Below are positions 44,258 through 52,686 of a stretch of 52,686 bases of DNA, piece by piece. Each line of letters begins with the position of its first letter. Positions within the stretch are counted from its first letter, which is position 1. The notes under the pieces were generated by a model. That model worked only from the letters and a program-made list of their open reading frames with translations. It was not told the DNA's origin and searched no databases. The DNA is from a virus (Duplodnaviria; Caudoviricetes), in the IMG/VR virus record IMGVR_UViG_3300046167_000854, positions 1-52,686 of that record. One strand, given 5' to 3'. A program made the position numbers and the translations under genes.

Positions 44258-44802
44258 CGCCCTATATTCCTAGAAGCCGCGCTTACCTGAGAAAGACCGC
44301 CCGTTAACAGCTCAAGCCGTCGATCAGAGTCGCGTTGATATGTTGCGTTTATGCCGCCAACCAAGGTCGATGTGGTGGCATTCGGATCCAAGGCGCTTCT
44401 CTCCACACCAAATCGATCTGCAGATCTGTCTGCCATGCCTTGAACATTTCTCGAGGCGCCCATCACCGCACCTCTGGTTCGCCCTAAGTCGGCATCTATT
44501 GCGGTGGTGCCGGTCCTAGTAATAGATCCAAAAAGACGGTCCTCGATGGGGGCATAATTAGCCATGTAGTCTTGAGTCTGAGCTCTAATCAAATCTGCCA
44601 GCAACATGTCGCCGGGACCTTCTCTGCGATCCATGCCGGCATAGGCACCGGGGTTTACACTGGAGTACGGGTTTGACCCAAAGTCTGGCTGCTGTCCGTA
44701 AGCGAACGCGCTACCTTGAACGTTTGGAGCCCGATCAAAAAACCCACCTATATCTTGTTGCTGTTGAGGGTTGAGTAATGCCAAAAAGTCATCAAAATCC
44801 AT
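44254..44802 (-). CDS. Internal virion protein
   Basis: 182 aa; coupled overlaps within the cluster. Confidence 0.7.
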   Translation of the reverse strand: MDFDDFLALLNPQQQQDIGGFFDRAPNVQGSAFAYGQQPDFGSNPYSSVNPGAYAGMDRREGPGDMLLADLIRAQTQDYMANYAPIEDRLFGSITRTGTTAIDADLGRTRGAVMGASRNVQGMADRSADRFGVERSALDPNATTSTLVGGINATYQRDSDRRLELLTGGLSQVSAASRNIGR

Positions 44803-45392
44803 TATGCGTTCCTCTGCTGACCAATCCCGGGCAACACATAACCAGCCCCCACGCCAATGGCGGTGCCGGTCGCGGTCTGTAGCGCCGAGCTTCGGTTGTA
44901 TGCGTCCTGAGCTTCAGCCCCCAGCATGGCTGTCTGACTGGAAGCAAGAGCTGCGTTGCCCTGAAGGGTGTCTGACTGCAAGCCCTGTCCCTCGAGGACG
45001 GAGCCCATCATTCGACCCAAGCCCTTGTCTGTCGTAGCCAGTCCCGCGTCACCCATCGCGCCACCCATACCCCTTGCTTGGGCAGTTCGGATTGCGTTGG
45101 ATTGACCCTGATAGGCGCCCGAGGCGGGGTCTAAGCCCTTGCTAAATGCTGCGCGATTGAAATCTTCCATTCCCTGCTCGTATACCCCCGAGGCGCGGGT
45201 ACTGGCTTCACCCATAGCTGTGGTGAAATTTTGCTCGTTGTCTAAGAAACCCATGGTCTCAGCCATAAACTCATTGCGGACAGGTATGACTATCTCGCCA
45301 TAGCGCCGAGCTGCGTTTGCCGCTTGCTCTGCTAAAGCCCTCTGACTTCGTGGTTCCTTTACTCGGGTATCGCCGCCGCCGCCGAATGACAT
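44802..45392 (-). CDS. Internal virion / ejection protein
   Basis: MSFGGGG N-terminus; GLDPASG; C-terminal GTAIGVGAG. Confidence 0.7.
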   Translation of the reverse strand: MSFGGGGDTRVKEPRSQRALAEQAANAARRYGEIVIPVRNEFMAETMGFLDNEQNFTTAMGEASTRASGVYEQGMEDFNRAAFSKGLDPASGAYQGQSNAIRTAQARGMGGAMGDAGLATTDKGLGRMMGSVLEGQGLQSDTLQGNAALASSQTAMLGAEAQDAYNRSSALQTATGTAIGVGAGYVLPGIGQQRNA

Positions 45393-45805
45393 GTGTCGCC
45401 CTCTAATTTTTTACTCAACATCGCCCATCGCATTTTGTAGCCGGCGCTTTCTGCCGTTTTCCAAAGCCCGCGATGAGGCGTCATAACCTGTATTTCTGAG
45501 TGCCCTGTTTGTCGGGCTAAGGCTTCTAGCTGCGATTGATATTTAGAAACACTGTTTGGGACGGGATCATATGCAATCCAAACCAGCATGATCGTTCTGT
45601 CCCTAAACGGGTGCGACTTTGTCTCAACGACAGTGAAGCCTGAGGCGGTCCGTGCGGTATCCATGAGAAGAAACGACTGTTTGTTTACGCAAGAAGCATA
45701 AACGTCTTCGATTCTCCAATCCGGGTCAGTCTCAGAATGGATAAGTTCTAAGCCCGGTAGTACGACATTCCAAACTTCTCGAATGTCAACGAATTCTAGA
45801 GACAT
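45359..45805 (-). CDS. GNAT-fold-like virion assembly protein
   Basis: MLVWIAY...LEALARQTGHSEI...HRGLW; in the position usually held by T7 gp13-like genes. Confidence 0.55.
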   Translation of the reverse strand: MSLEFVDIREVWNVVLPGLELIHSETDPDWRIEDVYASCVNKQSFLLMDTARTASGFTVVETKSHPFRDRTIMLVWIAYDPVPNSVSKYQSQLEALARQTGHSEIQVMTPHRGLWKTAESAGYKMRWAMLSKKLEGDTCHSAAAAIPE

Positions 45806-45838
45806 AATGATACCGTTTAATCAAGCAAAAATACACGT

Positions 45839-46288
45839 TTAGCTCGCTGGCTCTGCGGGCCAGCTCACGTCATAAACGCTGGTAATTTGACCGGTGTTTC
45901 CCGGCAGATCTCTTAGTGCTTGTCGGTAGGTCGCCCATGCGGCTTTCTCGGTATCGCTTAGGGGGCTGTCTGCAAATTGCGTCCAGTCACAGGCGCTTAA
46001 TATATTGCTTCGCTCAACTCTCAGTACGGCTAGAAACTCGTCCTGATCAAACACCCACGTCCCACCCGATAGTTTATAGGATCCCTCTGGCTTTGCAGAT
46101 AATTCTTGCCAGCCATCGTCCCAATACTTTGTCCTCGTAAACGAGCCGGGGTCGTACTCTCCCGTAATGTCCTTAACAAAAAACCCTTCCATATAATCAG
46201 AGCCATCACTGATATCGGTAGAGTTCATATGCATAGTAGAAACGACTTCACCGTTGGTTTTGTCGATGACTGCCCATATCCTGCTCAT
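45839..46288 (-). CDS. Tail fibre assembly chaperone
   Basis: LRVERSNILSACDWTQFADSPL...WATYRQALRDLP...WP..P. Confidence 0.85.
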   Translation of the reverse strand: MSRIWAVIDKTNGEVVSTMHMNSTDISDGSDYMEGFFVKDITGEYDPGSFTRTKYWDDGWQELSAKPEGSYKLSGGTWVFDQDEFLAVLRVERSNILSACDWTQFADSPLSDTEKAAWATYRQALRDLPGNTGQITSVYDVSWPAEPAS

Positions 46289-47046
46289 TGTCTAATCCTG
46301 CCTATAAAAAATGTAATGGGGCGCGTGCTGATGATGGTGATTGTCCGGGTCTGTCCGTGATAAACCGCCTTAATGGCGAAGCGGACGTTGCCGGGGTTGC
46401 GCTGATAGAAAAAGCTATTGCAGTGGACGTAGTAGTCGAAGACATCCTCGCCCACAGGAGCAGTAAAGGTGGCGGTATATGCGTTGGTATAAGTCTCTCC
46501 ACCTATGGAAAAGCTGGACGAGTATGTTGATGGCGTTATCACCCCCTGCAAGGTTCCAAAGGAATTTAGCTGAGCCGTCGTAAACAACGTCTTGCGAGTC
46601 CCTCCGTCGTAGCCGTAAACCTCGAAACCATAATCGGTAGTCTGCGCAACGGGGGGCGTAAAACCATTATTGTTAGGACCTGCAATTTGAAACCATTTAA
46701 ATTGCGGCGGCTTTGGGCTTGGAGTCGCACCTTGCTGGCTTTCTCTCCGACCCCAGCTCCGAATCAGCCTTTGCAGGACCCCGCCATATCTCCGGGTACA
46801 CTCGAAATGCACGTAATCATCTGAGTCAAAACCTAATGAGCTATAGGGCGCCCCAAATAAAAAATCGCTACCCAAAACCTGTCCGTTACCACCGGGACCA
46901 GTGTTAGGAAGGGTTCCGTCATAACCAATCCCAGCAGTACTACCAAAGTTCGCAGTGCCGGCGCCCCTAACCAAGAACTGAGGGTTTTCCCCGTCGATGA
47001 TGACGTTGTTATCGCCATTCTTAATTTCAATTCCGTAGGTGCTCAT
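46285..47046 (-). CDS. Tail tip accessory / receptor-binding protein
   Basis: MSTYGIEIKN..N.IID and a second YGFEVY repeat, typical of genes downstream of J-like fibres. Confidence 0.65.
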   Translation of the reverse strand: MSTYGIEIKNGDNNVIIDGENPQFLVRGAGTANFGSTAGIGYDGTLPNTGPGGNGQVLGSDFLFGAPYSSLGFDSDDYVHFECTRRYGGVLQRLIRSWGRRESQQGATPSPKPPQFKWFQIAGPNNNGFTPPVAQTTDYGFEVYGYDGGTRKTLFTTAQLNSFGTLQGVITPSTYSSSFSIGGETYTNAYTATFTAPVGEDVFDYYVHCNSFFYQRNPGNVRFAIKAVYHGQTRTITIISTRPITFFIGRIRQ

Positions 47047-47372
47047 GCTGTTTTTACTACCGTGTAAACATATGAGACGGTGCCTGTGGTGACAGCGCTA
47101 CCACTTGATGTTTGTCGCTGGAATGTAAACGATCCGTTGGAAACGGTGGTGGCGCCAATCGCCGGGTTTTCAAAAACGCTCTGTTCATTTTCTAAAACAA
47201 AAACATGGAATAGAGAGCTGTTACTCAATCCGTCAACAGAGATAGAGCTGGATGTTGAGCTGCCATTAGTAATCGTAAACGACCCCTGATCGTAGTAGGT
47301 CATCAAATTGTCTTCAGTTGTGAAGGCAATGTTGCCGCTCGTTGTATAAATTTCGAGACCGTATGAAGACAT
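47043..47372 (-). CDS. Tail tip accessory protein
   Basis: MSSYGLEIYTTSGNIAF. Confidence 0.65.
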   Translation of the reverse strand: MSSYGLEIYTTSGNIAFTTEDNLMTYYDQGSFTITNGSSTSSSISVDGLSNSSLFHVFVLENEQSVFENPAIGATTVSNGSFTFQRQTSSGSAVTTGTVSYVYTVVKTA

Positions 47373-50300
47373 TACAGCAAGCCAATTTTGACCCTGAGAC
47401 CACTAGAGTCGTAGATCTCAATTCCTGTAGAGGTGTATACCGTTCTCGCTCCAGAGGACGCACTTTTGATGTTAAGGAAGTTAGCGCTGGTGCCTTCAAT
47501 GTTTATATTTGCCGCATTGATTGTTCCGGCATTGAGCTTGTCTGCTGATAGGTTTGATACCTTCGCGTTGTCTATCGCTGCGTCACCGATAAAGGCATTT
47601 GTAATCGAGCCATTCTTGATGAACGCGGTATCCATGTAGACACCTGCCGGCACATTCTCGCCGTTAAGAGTTTGCTGAGAAGCAACGACCGTGAACGGTA
47701 CGGTGAGGTTAGCGTTTGATGACGGACTGTTTGATTGCTCGTTGTTCGCCGCTGGGTTGACGATGGCAAACTTGTCAGCCCTGACAATAAACGCTGACGT
47801 GGGCGTCCCGTCATTGTTTGTATTGGATAAACCGAAGCCAGAAATGTAGCCGTTGTTATCTAGCTTCACAGTGTACTGGCTAGAAAGCCCTCCGTTTTCA
47901 TCACCCACTACGTCTTGCAGGGTTTCGATTGAACCGGTGAGTCCGCTGTTTCCGTCTGCGCCGTTCACAGTAACCTGAAGGGTGCTAATGCTAGACGCCG
48001 AAGCGGACCCGTTCGGGAATACCTCGGTATTGATGTCATCGACAACGTTCGCAGAAGCCACAATTAATGCGTTAGCCGGGTCTCCACCGCTCCAAATCGC
48101 ACTTGATAGCTGGTCAAGGCGAGACGCAGAAGTTGTGCCATCCGGAAACACCTCTGCCGTAACGGTGTCTAAGGCAGCAGACGTAGCCAGTTTTACTGTT
48201 CCGTTGGTGTTGCCGTTAACAAACATCGAGGCAGCTATGCTGTCCACCTTGTCAGAGATACCCCCGCTACCACTAACAGCGGTGTTTAGGGTGCTCAGTG
48301 CGCTGGCAGTTGCTAGGCGCGATGTGGTGTCCGGATTAAACACTTCGCTAAACAAACCGTCGATTCGGCTGGCTGAAGCACCGCCGGTCCCAAACACCTC
48401 TGTCTCGAGAGCGCTAACAGCTGCGGATGACGCAAGCTTAATGTCACCATTGGCGTCATAGACCGATGTTTCTAATCCGTCTATGCGGCTAGCGCTGCCC
48501 GTGCCATTTGGAAACACCTCAGAGTTGAGCGTTGAAACCGCGGATGACGTTGCGCTCAAGCCCGTGTTTGGATTAGTGATTGTGTTATTGAGCGTATCAA
48601 TGCGAGACGCCGTGGCTGAGGTTGGGTTGCTTGTGCCATAAACCTCGTTGTTAAGCAGGGTTACAGCCGACGAGCTTGCGAGCTGCACGTTGTTATTGGC
48701 GTCAAATACCGCGCCCTGCAGAGAGGTTATATTGCTCTGTATGCTGCCGACAACAGTATCGGTTTCTCCTGCCTCATAGATAGCCCGGACCTCATTAGTC
48801 AGACCTGTCACCGCAGACCCCGAAGCCAGCTTAACGTTATCGCTAGCATCGAATACAGCACCATCAAGACTGGTTACCTGCGTTTGCAAGCTTTTCACAA
48901 GACTAGAGCTGTTAGGCCCGTCATAGATAGCCTCAACGTCAGAGGTCAGCCCCGACAGGGCTGCTGATGTCGCGAGCTTCACGTTGTTGTTCTCGTCAAA
49001 AACAGCGCCCTGTAAAACGGTAACGCTGGTTTGAACAGACTTTACTACGCTAGGCTCATTGCCATCATATATAGCTTCTACCTCGCCTGTGAGGGTAGAA
49101 AGAGCTGATGTGGTTGCTAGCTTAACGTTATCGTTCGCATCGAAAACAGCACCATTCAGGTTAACGATATCAGTCTGTGCGGTGCCGATATCGCCGCCTT
49201 GATCACTTACAGTGACGCCAAGGGATGCTAAGGCACTGCCCGTCGCCAGCCTCAATCCCTCTTCGTCGAAAACCGCACTATTCAAAGCGGTGATCTGTCC
49301 CTGTGCCGTACTTATGTCCTCACCATTAGCGGTAATGCTGGTGGACAGCCCATCAGTCGTCTCGGTGGTTGCGAGAGCAACAGTGTCATCTGCGTTAAAG
49401 ACAACAGCGTTTAAATCGGTGATGGCGCCTTGCGCTATCCCTATGTTCTGTCCCTGTGAAGTGACTGTTTGCGAGAGCGATGAGACAGAAGAAGCCGTTG
49501 CTAACAGGCTGTTATTGTTAGCATCGAAAACCTCGCTAGTTAAGTCCGTAATGCTGGACTGCATAGTTTTTACAATGCTGGCATTTTCTGTGCCGTCGTA
49601 GATATCCTGGACATCGCTTATCAGACCGTCCAGCGCCGACACGGTAGCCAGCTTCACTTCGTCCTCGGCGTTGAATACGGCTCCATTTAAAGCGGTCACA
49701 GAGCTGGATAGCGAGCTTACCGTGCCGTTGATGACACCCACGGTGACGTTGGTTGCGTCCAGCGCAGTTGATGTGGCGAGGCGAGAGCTGGTGTCGGCGT
49801 TAAAGACCTCGGCGCTAATGTTGCTGATAGCTGATTCGTTGTCACTGATGCGGGGGTCTTCAATGCTAACCCACTCTTTATTTCCGTCACCGTCTCCATC
49901 AAAGTAAATGTGTAAGGTGTTGTTATCTGACGTGTCATACCAACGCGAGTTATCCGCGATTGGATCGTTAGCGGTGCCGACTGGCGCACGTAGCTGATAT
50001 GTAGACGTCTGCCGTATTTGCTGACAGATCTGATAGCGACGACTGCAGATTACTGGTCGCTGTATTTAGAGAGCTGATAGAGGTGTTGATGTCTGAGATG
50101 GAGGTGTTAATTGTGCCCACCGAAGTGTCGATGCCACCTATCCGACTCACTAGGCTGTCACCGGTATAATCGGAGAGGAAGCCAGTATATGTTTCGAGTG
50201 ACGTGGTCAGAGCGTTAATTGTGTCTATTTGCCCAATCGGAGTCGCCAGACTTCAGAGCTAGCTCGCTCGACGTGATCTGCTCCTCAAGAAGATCAAGGA

Positions 50301-50856
50301 TAAGCCCCACATCCGGCTGAGTAACCCCCTGCGTCCCGGTTGAAGAGTTAAACGGACCGATCTCATCGAGGATGTTTACAGCCCGCACCCAATAGTAGAG
50401 CGTCTGGTTAGATCCAGCGGCGTCTGAGTAAATCTTTGTGAATCCAGATACCTGCGCGATCAGCGTGGCATCAGAGATACTGTCGGACGTGTGTCGATGT
50501 ATCTCAAAGTGAGAGTGACCCACATAGCCGCTCATGTCCCACGTAAGAATAATGTTTTGAAAGGCGCCTGATGCATCAAGGTTCGTGGGAGCCGGGGGTG
50601 GCTGCACCTCCGAGCCTACATCGGGAGTCGGCACAAAGTCGTTCCGGGGATCGTCCCCGATAGTACTCCCAGAAACGTTTCTCGCCAGAGACAATACATT
50701 AGTGTCTAGCAAGTCCTGAAACGTTACCGCACGCTCAAGCGGGGACCCTCGATGTCCAATTAGGATATCCAGATTTTCTTTGATAGTTTCGCCGAACCTG
50801 CGCTCGGGCAACTCCCACTTGCTGGGTACGCTAGTATTAGATCGCTTCTTAGCCAT
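47372..50856 (-). CDS. Central tail fibre, host-specificity J-like (FN3-like N-terminal region, coiled-coil repeats, DUF1983-like C-terminus); two apparent +1 errors (~1160 aa corrected)
   Basis: ORFs 50215-50904, 49968-50150 and 47372-49741 join after removing one base at ~50252 and one at ~49990; PPAPTNL...YYWVRAVN...GPFN; YTVKLDNNGYISGFGL...FIVRADKFAI...GVYMDTAFIKNGSITNA. Confidence 0.8.
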
Positions 50857-52503
50857 ATATCTCAGCCGCCGACTCGTAGACGCAGACCTCGTTGATTGGA
50901 TCACTGCCGCTCAACTCAATCTCAAACTCGTTTGCTTTGTATCCTGATGGCAACCTAAACAGGCTATCGCTAGTCGCTGTCTCTGTGTGCTTTAGAGCTC
51001 CGTCTGCATATAACTTGAAGGTGATGCCTGACCCGTAAGAGTCAGCTTGTACCTTGGCAACACCCGGGTTCACCGGTCTTTGGGTGAAAAACTTTTTTGA
51101 TCTCCATGTGTATGAAAGGCTTGATCCAGAAGCGAATTTTTTCACAGGCTCCACCTACCACCAGATAAAGCTCATCTTCTTCTAGCTCGTTGAAACCCGC
51201 CGTGGCGTGAAAGCCCAAATCAACAAATGAATCCTTTCCTCCGCGGGGATCGAAAATAAAGCCTTTCTGCACAGATCCAGTATCATAAAAACCAATATAG
51301 TGCCCCTCCCAGTTGAACCCTACGATTGAGCTCGGCACCAAGTCCTGCCATTGGTCTCGTGTTAGTAGCGGCTCCGTAACCACCTTGAGACCCCCGTTCT
51401 CCGTAGCCATCACCAGCCCATCAGGGACTCGCATACATAACCGCAGAACCCATATCAACCACTGAACGCTTAGAAACACATGCTTGGTTAGAATCGATCT
51501 CAGACAAAGCCAAAGCCGATGGATCTAAACCACTAATTAGAGAGGGCTTTTCCTTGGTAAGAACCAGCAATCCTGACGGCATGGGTGCAATAGCGACAAT
51601 GTCCGACTTGACCGTAAGCTTGTACTCGTCGGGGAATGCATGAGGCTGGAATGCCTCGGAGAAACATACTGTCTGACCGGCGAATCCCGCCAGTATTCCG
51701 TTAGGCAGAGAGACCAGACCCAGCATAGGACCATCAGGGTGGTCAGCGGACACGTCATCCGGTGGGGGGTCAAATCTTGTGGTGGGTACTGCTTCACCGA
51801 GTTCGGACTCCTCTTTGCTGTCGGTATAGGTAGCGCTCGATAAGGTCACATCCGCAACAAACCTAAATGTACCGCCGGTGTCGGTTCGGTAAACTCGCTT
51901 CGTGGTTAGGTTGTGATTGCCCGATGGGTTCGCGGGAAAGGTTAGAACCACGTCCTGATCTGAATAAACCTCGACCACTTGACCCGAAGGCGCATCACAG
52001 CTCTGTCCTTCCTCGCCGTACGCACTAACGTACGTGAAGACGTAAGCCCTTGCTTTTGGAGTCTCCTCATCTTCCTTGGTAGATGTTGCAGGAGATAGTG
52101 CGACAGAAGATAAATCTGCTGGCTTTGGTATGCCGAGGGCATAAAAAGTGCCATTACCCACTATCGAGGCTAGAGTCATCCGAGGATAGCCAGAAGCGCC
52201 CCCAATCCCAGTAGCATATATACGTTCGTGCTGGTCTTCAGCAAGCGGTGAACGAACAAAATCCACGTCCTCATGTCGTCCAATCCATATGGAATCGCTG
52301 TACTTAAAAAGCGTTTTAGTGCTTGCAGAAATTGCATAACTCGCAACAGGAGTGATGGTCGTATCTTCATTGCCTTTCCACGGCTCCAGTCTCCCAGAGT
52401 CGAGCCTTACGTTGGTTGCTGTTTGCGCCATGTCCTCGGGTAGAAGGCGGGCGAATATTTTAGGAGCCTTGCCCCCAAAGGTTTGTAGTTTGAACCCGGT
52501 CAT
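50849..52503 (-). CDS. Tail nozzle / DNA stabilisation protein; two apparent +1 errors (~550 aa corrected)
   Basis: MTGFKLQTFGGKAPKI..RLLP...RAYVFTYVSAYGEEG...CFSEAFQPHAFP...YASPDGLV...YTWRSKKF...FRLPSGY; joins at 51424-51426 and 51147-51148. Confidence 0.8.
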
Positions 52504-52685
52504 TTGCGCCTCCAGATTCTTATTCCATAGATTGCGGCGAATACACACAACGTGAGCCAGCGGTAGTATTCAGGCGTTTTTTCGAGCGCCTCGAACCCTG
52601 CCGAAACATAAGGCTGCATGTTAGGAATGAACGCCATGATGAGGGGGGTGCTGATTACGAGCAAAACAAACTCGTCTTTCCAGCC
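52500..52685 (-). CDS. Holin-like membrane protein, C-terminal part (start lies beyond the window)
   Basis: Read manually: GWKDEFVLLVISTPLIMAFIP...PEYYRWLTLCVFAAIYGIRIWRRK*. Confidence 0.7.
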   Translation of the reverse strand, partial: GWKDEFVLLVISTPLIMAFIPNMQPYVSAGFEALEKTPEYYRWLTLCVFAAIYGIRIWRRK

Positions 52686-52686
52686 C

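Noticed and set aside
33562-50150. Numerous opposite-strand or alternate-frame ORFs in the track (e.g. 43677-44189, 47982-48461, 36329-36757)
   Set aside because: Shadows of long real genes, with no RBS or recognisable motifs.
1-52686. CRISPR array, diversity-generating retroelement, retron or invertible cassette
   Set aside because: No repeat-spacer array, reverse transcriptase motif, TR/VR pair or invertase was seen.
52500-52686. Direct circular closure or terminal repeat with position 1
   Set aside because: The two end ORFs are different proteins and no overlap is visible; a segment is missing, although gene order suggests a circularly permuted genome.

Overview
Nearly complete (~52.7 kb) genome of a temperate tailed phage with podovirus-like head/tail-adaptor and internal-virion genes. 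The host is probably a (marine) gammaproteobacterium, inferred from the tRNA-Gly(GCC) attP core, a CTGT-N8-ACAG SOS box and a CsrA-like gene. Layout: late/structural genes on the minus strand (1-17.4 kb: tail fibre and adhesin, adaptors, MCP, scaffold, portal, TerL, lysis candidates, TerS; 33-52.7 kb: 2893-aa polyvalent internal protein, ejection proteins, J-like central fibre, nozzle, holin). Small early genes lie on the plus strand (17.6-22.8 kb), a replication/nuclease operon on the minus strand (22.7-27.2 kb), and a plus-strand block carries repressor, PAS-like protein, Erf/YqaJ recombination, CsrA-like protein, integrase and an intact attP (27.4-33.1 kb). Eight inferred +1 single-base insertions split four genes and look like long-read errors. 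The most interesting signals are regulatory: (i) a switch region with a LexA box next to an XRE repressor lacking an autocleavage domain and a co-transcribed stand-alone PAS-like protein; (ii) a probable post-transcriptional circuit made of a tandem CsrA-like protein, a candidate sRNA displaying anti-GGA loops, and ACA(C/T)GGAG ribosome-binding sites on early genes and int; (iii) a covarying RNA motif repeated in the early operon. A circularly permuted MAM domain is also visible in the tail adhesin. All family assignments come from motif recognition by eye; no searches were run.
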